A stretch of 19,476 nt of DNA from a bacterium (GTDB taxonomy: Bacteria; Arandabacterota; Arandabacteria; Arandabacterales; JALGWA01). Position 1 is the stretch's first letter; each line of letters opens with the position of its first letter. The translations under genes and the position numbers were made by a program. Shown one piece after another: positions 7,737-15,142 of this stretch. Location: assembly GCA_050125095.1 (NCBI GenBank), contig JASFEA010000053.1:1-19476 (forward strand), given 5' to 3'. Under the pieces are notes generated by a model. It was not told where the DNA came from and did no database searches. It saw nothing but the letters and a program-made list of their open reading frames with translations.

Positions 7737-8504
7737 ATGAAGCTAGGCGTAATGAACAATCCGGCGAGTGACCCCGTGGGAGAGATCAAGACGGCCGCGG
7801 ACAACGGTTTCGACTTCATCGACCTCACGCTGGAGTATCCCCAGGCCCATATGGATGTCATCAACCGTGAAGCCGTGCTCAAGGCTCTCGAGGAGACAGG
7901 CCTGGAGACCGTCGGCCATACGGCATACTACCTGCCTTTTGCTTCGGCGATGGGGGAATTGCGCGAGGCCGCCGTCCGTGACGTCATACGGGGCCTTGAC
8001 TTTTTCAAGCAGTCGGGCGCCAGGGTTGTCACGGTCCACCCCGATCCCGGCAGGGGGGCCATCGACTCTTCGACCATCGTCAGCCTAAATGCCCTGAGTT
8101 TCAAAATAATCTCCGATGAGGCCCAGAAACGCGGGCTCACCCTGGCGGCCGAAAACGTCCCCGGGTATTTCTCGACGGTCGAGGCCTTCAAGGGCCTGCT
8201 CGCGGCGGTACCGGCCCTCGGCTTTCATCTCGATGTGGGGCATGCCCATATAAGGGGAAACCGCTTCCGCCAGCTGCTTTCCAATTTCAAGTCGAAGCTC
8301 GTCCACGTGCATCTTTCGGACAACAGGTTCAGGGCGGACGACCATATGCCCGTGGGGGCCGGCAACATCCCCTGGGACGAGGTGATCCCGGCCATAAAGA
8401 AGACGGGTTTCGACTCTACCATCACGCTCGAGGTATTCTCGCCCGACAAGCGCTACGTGGTTGCGAGCAGGGACAAGGTGCTCGAGCTCTGGGACGGTTC
8501 CTGA
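7737..8504 (+). CDS. Sugar-phosphate isomerase/epimerase (xylose isomerase-like TIM barrel, AP endonuclease 2 family)
   Basis: Metal-ligand motifs AAEN, HLDVGHA, HVHLSDN, DHMPVGAGNIPW, ITLEV. Confidence 0.85.
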   Translation: MKLGVMNNPASDPVGEIKTAADNGFDFIDLTLEYPQAHMDVINREAVLKALEETGLETVGHTAYYLPFASAMGELREAAVRDVIRGLDFFKQSGARVVTVHPDPGRGAIDSSTIVSLNALSFKIISDEAQKRGLTLAAENVPGYFSTVEAFKGLLAAVPALGFHLDVGHAHIRGNRFRQLLSNFKSKLVHVHLSDNRFRADDHMPVGAGNIPWDEVIPAIKKTGFDSTITLEVFSPDKRYVVASRDKVLELWDGS

Positions 8505-8588
8505 TTATGCCCCGGCGGTAATGCCGATTTCTCTTGCTTCTCGCGGCGGCTTGCATTGTATTTTCATTAGGCGGAACCGGGAGACCAT

Positions 8589-10328
8589 ATGACGGCCGGA
8601 CAGGACTCGAAAGCTGCGAGAGACGGCGAACTCGTCGAGCTCATCGACGGGGTCATGGTGCTGGACGATGGCGGCCGGATCGTTGCCTTCAGCGAGGGAG
8701 CTGAGCGCATAACCGGCTATGCGTCCAGCGAGGTGATCGGCGAGACATGCCGGGAGGTCTTCCGCTCCAACAGATGTGATTCGGCATGCCCGGCCGACAA
8801 GACCATCAAGTCGGGCATTGCGCTCTCCAACTGCACTTGCCATATCATCACCCGCGATGACGACGAGATTGAGATATCGCTGAATACCTCTCCCCTCAAG
8901 GGCACCGGAGGTGAGACGGTCGGGGTCGTGGTCGTGTTCCGCAACCTCAACGAAATGGTCGAGATGATGGAGCGGCTGACCGAACTCGACCACGAGATGA
9001 TGAGGGAGAAGGAGCGGAGCGAAGCCATACTGAACAGCATCGCGGACGGCGTGATTACGGTGTCCAGGGACCTCGAAATAGTCTCCTTCAACCGTTCCGC
9101 CGAGAAGGTCACGGGTTTCAGCGCCGCCGAGGTCATAGGCAAGCCATGCAGGACCATATTCAGGAGCCGGGCCTGTGAGGAGGGCTGCCCCGTGCTCGAG
9201 ACCATCAGGACGGGCGAGCCGGTCGCAGGCGTCGAGGTCGAGATCCTCGCCCGGGACGGTTCGCGCATACCCGTGAGCATGAACACTGCCCTTCTTAAGA
9301 ATGAAAGGGGCGAGGTGAGCGGAGCCGTCGAGACTTTCCGCGACCTGTCCAACGTGAGGAAACTCACCGAAGAGCTCAGGGGAAGGTACTCCTTCAGGAG
9401 CATTATCGGCCGGAGTCCGGAGATTCAGCAGGTATTCGAGCTCATCCGCTCCGCGGCGCCGACCAATGTGACGGTGCTCATACAGGGCGAAACGGGGACG
9501 GGCAAGGAGCTCGTCGCCCGCGCAATACACTATGAGAGCCCGCGCAGCGACAGGCGTTTCGTCGCGGTGAACTGCGCCGCGCTCCCGGCGACCCTCCTGG
9601 AGAGCGAGCTGTTCGGGCATGTGAAAGGCTCCTTCACCGGAGCCACTTTCGACCGCAAGGGCAGGTTCGAGAGAGCCGACGGAGGAACCATTTTTCTCGA
9701 CGAGATAGCCGAGATAGGCTACGAGACGCAGGCAAAACTACTGAGGGTGCTCGAGAACAGGGAGTTCGAAAGGGTGGGTGACAGCGCGACGCGGAAGGTG
9801 GATGTGCGCCTGATATGCGCCACCAACAAGAACCTCAGGGAGCTCGTCGGTGCGGGCAAGTTCCGCGAAGACCTCTACTACCGCATCAATGTGGTCACCA
9901 TAGACCTGCCTCCGCTGAGGGCGCGCTCCGGGGACGTGCCTCTCCTCATCGACCACTTCGTCGACAAGCTGAGCAAGGAAACCGGCAAAGCCGTTACGGG
10001 GATATCGCCGGATGCCATGGACCTTCTGATCGACTACCCCTGGCCGGGCAATGTCCGCGAGATGGAGAACGCCATAGGGCACGCTTTCGTGCACTGCAGG
10101 GGCGAAGCCCTCTTGCCCGAGCACCTGCCGCCCGACATCACGCGGGGGATTCCGCACATAACCCATGCCGCCCTGGGTCCCGTGAGCTCGGTGGACCAGA
10201 TGGAGAAGCTCCTGATCGAGGAGGCTCTCAAACAGACCGGGGGCAACAGAACCCGCGCGGCTCGCAAGCTGGGCATGAGCAGGAGCTCGCTGTGGCGGAA
10301 AATCAAGAAGCATGGTCTGGAAGTGTGA
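8589..10328 (+). CDS. Sigma54-dependent enhancer-binding protein, PAS-PAS-AAA+-Fis HTH; OrpR-like
   Basis: Walker [24 protein letters not shown], Walker B FLDEI, REDLYYR, WPGNVRE, C-terminal HTH ([21 protein letters not shown]); both PAS domains carry CX8CX3C; directly upstream of an orp-like operon. Confidence 0.93.
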   Translation: MTAGQDSKAARDGELVELIDGVMVLDDGGRIVAFSEGAERITGYASSEVIGETCREVFRSNRCDSACPADKTIKSGIALSNCTCHIITRDDDEIEISLNTSPLKGTGGETVGVVVVFRNLNEMVEMMERLTELDHEMMREKERSEAILNSIADGVITVSRDLEIVSFNRSAEKVTGFSAAEVIGKPCRTIFRSRACEEGCPVLETIRTGEPVAGVEVEILARDGSRIPVSMNTALLKNERGEVSGAVETFRDLSNVRKLTEELRGRYSFRSIIGRSPEIQQVFELIRSAAPTNVTVLIQGETGTGKELVARAIHYESPRSDRRFVAVNCAALPATLLESELFGHVKGSFTGATFDRKGRFERADGGTIFLDEIAEIGYETQAKLLRVLENREFERVGDSATRKVDVRLICATNKNLRELVGAGKFREDLYYRINVVTIDLPPLRARSGDVPLLIDHFVDKLSKETGKAVTGISPDAMDLLIDYPWPGNVREMENAIGHAFVHCRGEALLPEHLPPDITRGIPHITHAALGPVSSVDQMEKLLIEEALKQTGGNRTRAARKLGMSRSSLWRKIKKHGLEV

Positions 10329-10331
10329 TCA

Positions 10332-10367
10332 TGTTCTAATATGATACATACGTTTTAATATGCTACA
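10332..10367. promoter_or_regulatory. Tandem putative upstream activator sequences (bEBP sites)
   Basis: TGTTCTAATATGATACA (10332-10348) and CGTTTTAATATGCTACA (10351-10367): 14/17 identical, (T/C)GT-N11-ACA, about 130-150 nt upstream of the predicted sigma54 start. Confidence 0.65.
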
Positions 10368-10464
10368 CCACCTTGTGTTCCCCACCCGGTCGTCATATGT
10401 CATTGATGTCCCTAACCTCCTCTAAATAAAGTAGATACGGCGGGACTGCATACCACCGCTCTTA

Positions 10465-10480
10465 TGGCACAGTACCTGCA
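10465..10480 (+). promoter_or_regulatory. Sigma54 (-24/-12) promoter of the orp-like operon
   Basis: TGGCAC-AGTAC-CTGCA with GG 10466-10467 and GC 10478-10479 spaced by exactly 10 nt; adjacent to a sigma54 activator gene. Confidence 0.85.
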
Positions 10481-10509
10481 AACAGAAGCAATGACAGGAG
10501 GTGATGGGC

Positions 10510-10779
10510 GTGCCACATGGTAGAGGAAGACGTTACTTCGGAAGGGGATTCTGGAAGTGGCGTGCGGCGGGCGGTCCGGGTTCCGGCACGTTCGGTGGCG
10601 GCTCGATAGGATGCGGCAATCCTTATCCTCATTGCAGGAGATTTCCATATTCGCCGCGATGGTGGTGGGCAATGCCCCAGTACGCCGGCAACTTGAGCCG
10701 GACCATGGTTCGTGGCTGGGGTATGACCCCGGGTATCTGGCAACGACCTAGTCTGCCCACCACCTTTCGCGGCTTCTGA
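10510..10779 (+). CDS. Small Gly/Arg/Trp/Pro-rich protein (89 aa), possibly DUF5320-related; first gene of the sigma54 operon
   Basis: SD AGGAGGTG (10496-10503) is well spaced for GTG 10510 (the ORF-track start 10501 overlaps the SD); sequence MPHGRGRRYFGRGFW...GCGNPYPHCRRFPYSPRWWWAMP. Confidence 0.65.
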   Translation: MPHGRGRRYFGRGFWKWRAAGGPGSGTFGGGSIGCGNPYPHCRRFPYSPRWWWAMPQYAGNLSRTMVRGWGMTPGIWQRPSLPTTFRGF

Positions 10780-10868
10780 CTCGCGGGGCCCGAGCCCGCG
10801 CGAGGCGGACCCGAAGGGGATTGAGGAGATATGAATAACCTGAAAGTGATTATGGGAGGTACAGCCAA

Positions 10869-11672
10869 ATGAAAGTAGCAGTTTCTTCGACCGGGCCGGA
10901 TATCGATGCGCAGATGGACCCGAGATTCGGCAGATGTCAGTATTTCGTGCTGGTCGACTCGGATAGCATGGCTTCGGAAGCGTTTGAGAATCCCAATACC
11001 ATGGCGAGCGGCGGGGCTGGAATTCAGTCGGCCCAGCTGGTGGCCGAGCACGGAGCCCAGGTCGTACTGACGGGCAATTGCGGGCCGAACGCATACCAGA
11101 CGCTCGAAGCGGCCGGCATAGCAGTGATCGTCGGCGTTGCGGGAACAGTGCGCGAGGCCGTTGAGAAATACCTGAGCGGCGAGTTGAGCCCTGCCGCTGG
11201 TCCGAGCGTCGGCGATCATTACGGTAGTGGATCCGGCCCCTGGCAAGGTTCGGGCCCCGCGCCCGGAGGCATGGGTCCGGGTATGGGCGGAGGTGGCGGC
11301 GGGTTCGGAGGCGGCGGAGGCGGTGGGGGCCGCGGGGGCGGTGCGGGCCGCGGGGGCGGTGCGGGCCGCGGAGGCGGTGCGGGCCGCGGCGGCGGAGGCG
11401 GTCGCGGCGGCGGAGGCGGTCGCGGCGGCGGAGGCGGTCGCGGCGGCGGTGGTGGCCGCGGCAGACGTGGCGGTTTCGGCATGGGCGGTGGCGGTTTCGG
11501 CATGGGCAGGGGAATGGGCGCCTTTGGCCCCATGATGCCCGGCCCGATGGCGCCGGGCGCGGGCCCGGGCGACGAGCGGGATATGTTAAGACATCAGGCC
11601 GAGGTCCTCAAGCAGCAGCTCGATGACATCAGGCGCCGGATTTCGGAGATTGAGAAGGAAGAGGGTCGGTGA
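10869..11672 (+). CDS. NifB/NifX-family (orange protein-like) metal-cluster-binding domain fused to a Gly/Arg repeat region and DUF5320-like coiled coil
   Basis: MKVAVSS, DPRFGRCQYF, GGAGIQSAQLV, VLTGNCGPNAY; low-complexity middle; C-terminal ERDMLRHQAEVLKQQLDDIRRRISEIEK; SD GGAGG at 10855-10859. Confidence 0.88.
   Translation: MKVAVSSTGPDIDAQMDPRFGRCQYFVLVDSDSMASEAFENPNTMASGGAGIQSAQLVAEHGAQVVLTGNCGPNAYQTLEAAGIAVIVGVAGTVREAVEKYLSGELSPAAGPSVGDHYGSGSGPWQGSGPAPGGMGPGMGGGGGGFGGGGGGGGRGGGAGRGGGAGRGGGAGRGGGGGRGGGGGRGGGGGRGGGGGRGRRGGFGMGGGGFGMGRGMGAFGPMMPGPMAPGAGPGDERDMLRHQAEVLKQQLDDIRRRISEIEKEEGR
11328..11453 (+). repeat. Seven in-frame 18-bp tandem repeats encoding (GRGGGA)3(GRGGGG)4
   Basis: Units start at 11328, 11346, 11364, 11382, 11400, 11418, 11436; followed by a duplicated GGFGMG. 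Confidence 0.9.
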
Positions 11673-12520
11673 GACCTCTCAAAATAGGAATAGCCAGTGG
11701 AAAGGGCGGCACGGGCAAGACCACCGTTGCAGTTTCTCTTGCCCTAACTCTGGAAGGCTTGCCCATACGTGTCCAGTTCCTTGACTGTGACGTGGAGGAA
11801 CCCGATGCCGCCCTTTTCCTCAAACCTGATATAGACAGCACCGAGGAAGTCACGATCCCGGTGCCGCTTATCGACGAGGAAAGGTGCACCGGCTGCGGCG
11901 AATGCGCAAAGGTCTGCCAGTTCAACGCGCTGGCGATCGTCTCGGGGAAGGCACTCGGTTTTAAGAACCTGTGTCATGGCTGCGGCGGGTGCGCCTTCAT
12001 TTGTCCGGCAGAGGCCATACGGGAGACGCCCAACAGAATCGGGTCGATCGAAAAAGGCGCGGTCGGGAGCATGGCTTTCATGAGCGGCCGGCTCGATGTG
12101 GGCGAGCCCAAGGCCACGCCGCTGGTGCGTAGTCTCAAATCAGCAGCCGGGAACGGGGTGCCCACCATACTCGATTCGCCGCCGGGCACGGGCTGCCCCG
12201 TGGTCGAGACCGTACGGGACTGCGACTACTGCATACTCGTGACCGAACCGACGCCGTTCGGCCTTTACGACCTAGAACTCATGGTGAAGGTGCTTGAGGT
12301 GCTCGGCATTCCGTCGGGAATCGTCATAAACCGCGACAACGGCGAGAGCGACATTATCGACCGGTTCGCCGCCGAGAAGGGCATACCGGTGCTGATGCGC
12401 ATCCCCTTCAGCCGCGAGATCGCCGAGTCGCTGTCCCGCGGGATACCGCTTGTGGTAGCCGACACCGACTGGGTCGGTGAGTTCAAGCGTCTCGCAGAGC
12501 AAGTGGCAGGTGACTTATGA
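11669..12520 (+). CDS. MinD/ParA-superfamily P-loop ATPase with inserted 2x[4Fe-4S] ferredoxin domain (Orp3/Orp4-like)
   Basis: Deviant Walker A SGKGGTGKT, DCDVEEPD, CTGCGECAKVC, CHGCGGCAFICP, DSPPGTGCP; GTGA overlap with the upstream stop. Confidence 0.9.
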   Translation: MRPLKIGIASGKGGTGKTTVAVSLALTLEGLPIRVQFLDCDVEEPDAALFLKPDIDSTEEVTIPVPLIDEERCTGCGECAKVCQFNALAIVSGKALGFKNLCHGCGGCAFICPAEAIRETPNRIGSIEKGAVGSMAFMSGRLDVGEPKATPLVRSLKSAAGNGVPTILDSPPGTGCPVVETVRDCDYCILVTEPTPFGLYDLELMVKVLEVLGIPSGIVINRDNGESDIIDRFAAEKGIPVLMRIPFSREIAESLSRGIPLVVADTDWVGEFKRLAEQVAGDL

Positions 12521-13437
12521 AGCGCCCGGTCGAAGTGACGATCGTAAGCGGAAAGGGCGGAACTGGCAAGACAGTGCTTGTGTCCTCGCTCGCCAGGCTC
12601 TTCGAGAGCAAGGTGATGGCCGACTGCGACGTGGACGCGCCTGATTTGCACCTGCTCCTTAAGCCCGAGATAAAACGTAACGAGCCCTTCGTCGGCGGAA
12701 GACTCGCCCGAATAGACCCGGGGCGTTGCACGGGCTGCGGCGAGTGCAAGAGGCGCTGCCGCTTCGACGCAATAATCGAGGAGCCCGCGAATGGCGGCTC
12801 GCGCTACAGGGTCGACGAAATCGCATGCGAGGGATGCGCGGTGTGCTACTACGCGTGTCCCGCGGACGCCGTCGAGATGAATGACAACCAGAACGGCAGG
12901 TGGTTCATATCGGATACCGCCTACGGGCCCTTTGTCCACGCCTGTCTGGATCCCGCGGAGGAGAACTCTGGAAAGCTCGTGAGCATCGTAAGAAAAGAGG
13001 CCCGGCTGATGGCGAACAGCGCCGGCCTCAGGTATATTATCGTGGACGGGCCGCCCGGCATAGGGTGCCCGGTGATCTCTTCGATTGCGGGGGCGCAGCT
13101 TGTTGTCATAGTAACCGAGCCCACCGTATCGGGATTGCATGATTGTGAGAGAGTGGTGTCGCTCGCGCGTCATTTCGGGATCCCGGTGGCGGCCGTCATA
13201 AACAAATACGACATCAATACCGCCGCGGCCGCTGAGGCTGAGGCTTTCTTCGCGGAGAAGAACGTCACGTTGCTCGGGAAGATCCCGTTCGGACTTGAGG
13301 TCGGCCGGAGCCTGGCCGCGGGCAAGCTCGTCGTCGACGAGGCGGATAGCCCGGTTGCCCGCAGCCTGCGCTCGGTAGGCGAGGCCCTGAAGAACACGCT
13401 GGACGGCATCGTCAGCGAGGCCGCGGCATCGAAATAG
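12517..13437 (+). CDS. Second MinD-superfamily ATPase with ferredoxin insert (Orp3/Orp4-like paralog)
   Basis: SGKGGTGKT, DCDVDAPDLHL, CTGCGECKRRC, CEGCAVCYYACP, ENSGKLV, DGPPGIGCP; ATGA overlap. Confidence 0.9.
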   Translation: MKRPVEVTIVSGKGGTGKTVLVSSLARLFESKVMADCDVDAPDLHLLLKPEIKRNEPFVGGRLARIDPGRCTGCGECKRRCRFDAIIEEPANGGSRYRVDEIACEGCAVCYYACPADAVEMNDNQNGRWFISDTAYGPFVHACLDPAEENSGKLVSIVRKEARLMANSAGLRYIIVDGPPGIGCPVISSIAGAQLVVIVTEPTVSGLHDCERVVSLARHFGIPVAAVINKYDINTAAAAEAEAFFAEKNVTLLGKIPFGLEVGRSLAAGKLVVDEADSPVARSLRSVGEALKNTLDGIVSEAAASK

Positions 13438-13473
13438 AGGACTCGGGGTTGGCAAATACAGGAGACACGGACC

Positions 13474-14709
13474 ATGAACGACACTGCTGAGAGAATGAAG
13501 AAGATAGAGGAAAGGCGCAAGCGCGTCACCAGCCGAATGAGCGAGGTCAAGCACAAGTTCGTCATACTGAGCGGCAAGGGCGGGGTGGGCAAGAGCACCG
13601 TCGCAGCCTATCTTGCGTCCGCGCTGGCTGCCAGGGGCAGCCAGGTCGGGCTGCTCGACACCGACATACACGGCCCGAGCATTCCAAAAATGGTGGGGGT
13701 TGAGGGCGAGAGGGTCACTCTTGCCGGCGATACCATAGTGCCCATTGAAGTCAGCAAGAACCTCAGAGTGATGTCCATCGCCTTTCTGCTTCGCTCGAAG
13801 GGCGATGCCGTGATCTGGCGGGGCCCGCTCAAGATGACCATGATAGAGGAGTTTCTCGGCAACGTGGAATGGGGTCCCCTCGACTACCTCATAATCGACT
13901 CGCCGCCGGGGACGGGTGATGAGCCCCTGTCCGTTGTCCAGTTCCTGCCGGACCTGGATGGGGCCATCATCGTAGCCACTCCCCAGGAGATAGCGCTTAA
14001 CGACGTCGAGAAATCAATTACCTTCTGCCGCCAGGTTAAAATACCGGTGGCGGGTGTCATAGAAAACATGTCGGGCTATGTGTGTCCGCATTGCAATGAG
14101 CGCGTGGATATCTTCAAGTCGGGTGGAGCGGAGCAACTGGCGTCCCGGATGGGCGTTCCGTTTCTGGGCAGGCTCCCCCTCGTGCCCGGCATTGTGCAGG
14201 CATGCGATGACGGCCGCTGCTCTTACGAGGAGTCGGCGAACGCCGGGCTGAGAGATGCCCTGGATGAGATCACGAATAAGCTGACGGCCCGGGCCGGCTC
14301 CGGCGATAAGGCCGATGAGGCGGCCGATGCCGCCGCGGCCCCAGCCCCGCCCGCAGCGGGCGGGCCGGCCGCCACGCGGAAAATAGCCATACCCCTGGAC
14401 GGCGATACCGTGAGCGCGCATTTCGGACACAGTCCCGAGTTCGCCGTTTTCGACGTCGCCGGGCAGTCGATTGCCGGAAGCGGTAAACTCGAGGCCCCCC
14501 CACACTCGCCGGGTGCCATACCGGCGTGGCTCAAGGAGAGCGGCGTCGACGTCGTGATTGCCGGCGGAATAGGCAACCGGGCAGTGGGCATGCTCGAGTC
14601 CTCGGGGATAGAAGTGGTGACGGGAGCGCCGCCCGGGCGCCCCGAAGAACTGGTGAAGGCGTATCTTGCCGGCACACTGGAGGCCGGCGAGAACGTATGT
14701 GACCATTGA
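13474..14709 (+). CDS. mrp: Mrp/NBP35 (ApbC) Fe-S carrier ATPase fused to a C-terminal NifB/NifX domain (MrpORP-like)
   Basis: SGKGGVGKST, DIHGPSIP, VIWRGP, DSPPGTGDE, ENMSGYVCPHC; Ala/Pro linker; then KIAIP...HFGH...VIAGGIG...ENVCDH. Confidence 0.92.
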   Translation: MNDTAERMKKIEERRKRVTSRMSEVKHKFVILSGKGGVGKSTVAAYLASALAARGSQVGLLDTDIHGPSIPKMVGVEGERVTLAGDTIVPIEVSKNLRVMSIAFLLRSKGDAVIWRGPLKMTMIEEFLGNVEWGPLDYLIIDSPPGTGDEPLSVVQFLPDLDGAIIVATPQEIALNDVEKSITFCRQVKIPVAGVIENMSGYVCPHCNERVDIFKSGGAEQLASRMGVPFLGRLPLVPGIVQACDDGRCSYEESANAGLRDALDEITNKLTARAGSGDKADEAADAAAAPAPPAAGGPAATRKIAIPLDGDTVSAHFGHSPEFAVFDVAGQSIAGSGKLEAPPHSPGAIPAWLKESGVDVVIAGGIGNRAVGMLESSGIEVVTGAPPGRPEELVKAYLAGTLEAGENVCDH

Positions 14710-14764
14710 GTGCCGGCCCTCCGGGCCGCGGCGACCGGCTGTGCGCCGGCGGGACGGGCGGGGG

Positions 14765-14788
14765 GCGGGCCTGGTCCGCTTTCCTCTT
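14765..14788 (+). terminator. Possible weak intrinsic terminator after mrp
   Basis: GCGGGC-CTG-GTCCGC hairpin followed by TTTCCTCTT. Confidence 0.3.
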
Positions 14789-14798
14789 AAGAAAACCC

Positions 14799-14866
14799 TT
14801 GCAGACTGCGGCCTGAGTGTCGATACTTGGAAGATAATTCAGCCGGACATGGGTGGGTATACCCAT
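14799..14866 (+). promoter_or_regulatory. Candidate feoAB promoter and palindromic operator
   Basis: TTGCAG (14799-14804), 17 nt, GATACT (14822-14827); perfect 12-bp palindrome TGGGTATACCCA at 14854-14865. Confidence 0.4.
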
Positions 14867-14908
14867 CAGGCAGCATCTTTGGCGGGTCTGACAGGAATCG
14901 AGTGCTAT

Positions 14909-15142
14909 ATGCCGGTTACGCTGGACCAGATGAAGAAGGGCACCAGGGGCAAGATCGTGAGCGTGGTGGGCGGAAGGGGCGTTGCCCTGAAGCTGTCGGC
15001 CCAGGGGATAAGCCCGGGTATGATGGTGGAGAAGATAAGCGCGCTTCGCGGCGGGCCGGTCGTTCTCCGGGTCGGGAGAAGCCGGGTGGCCATCGGGATC
15101 GGACTTGCCAGGAAAGTGCTCGTGGAGGTAGATGAGGCTTGA
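14909..15142 (+). CDS. feoA: Ferrous iron transport protein A
   Basis: 77-aa SH3-like FeoA pattern (TLDQMKKG...KLSAQGISPG...GPVVLRVGRSRVAIGIGLARKVLVE); ATG 14909 chosen over the ORF-track start 14666. Confidence 0.9.
   Translation: MPVTLDQMKKGTRGKIVSVVGGRGVALKLSAQGISPGMMVEKISALRGGPVVLRVGRSRVAIGIGLARKVLVEVDEA

Noticed and set aside
9625-9642. GSFTGA instead of GAFTGA as a sign of a sigma54-independent activator
   Set aside because: The key F and T are intact, this variant is common, and a good -24/-12 promoter lies directly downstream.
10395-10440. IHF site between the UAS and the sigma54 promoter
   Set aside because: Only partial matches to WATCAANNNNTTR; too weak to call.
10777-10824. Second Sec read-through at the small protein's TGA, which is followed by a GC hairpin
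   Set aside because: Read-through adds only ~15 residues with no redox motif; the hairpin is more simply an intercistronic stem.
10869-14709. Nitrogen fixation or MinCDE division genes
   Set aside because: NifX-like and MinD-like domains here fit orp-type clusters; no nifHDK, minC or minE in the window.
14666-14908. N-terminal extension of FeoA given by the ORF track
   Set aside because: Overlaps the mrp 3' end, looks non-coding and contains promoter/operator-like elements; FeoA similarity starts at ATG 14909.
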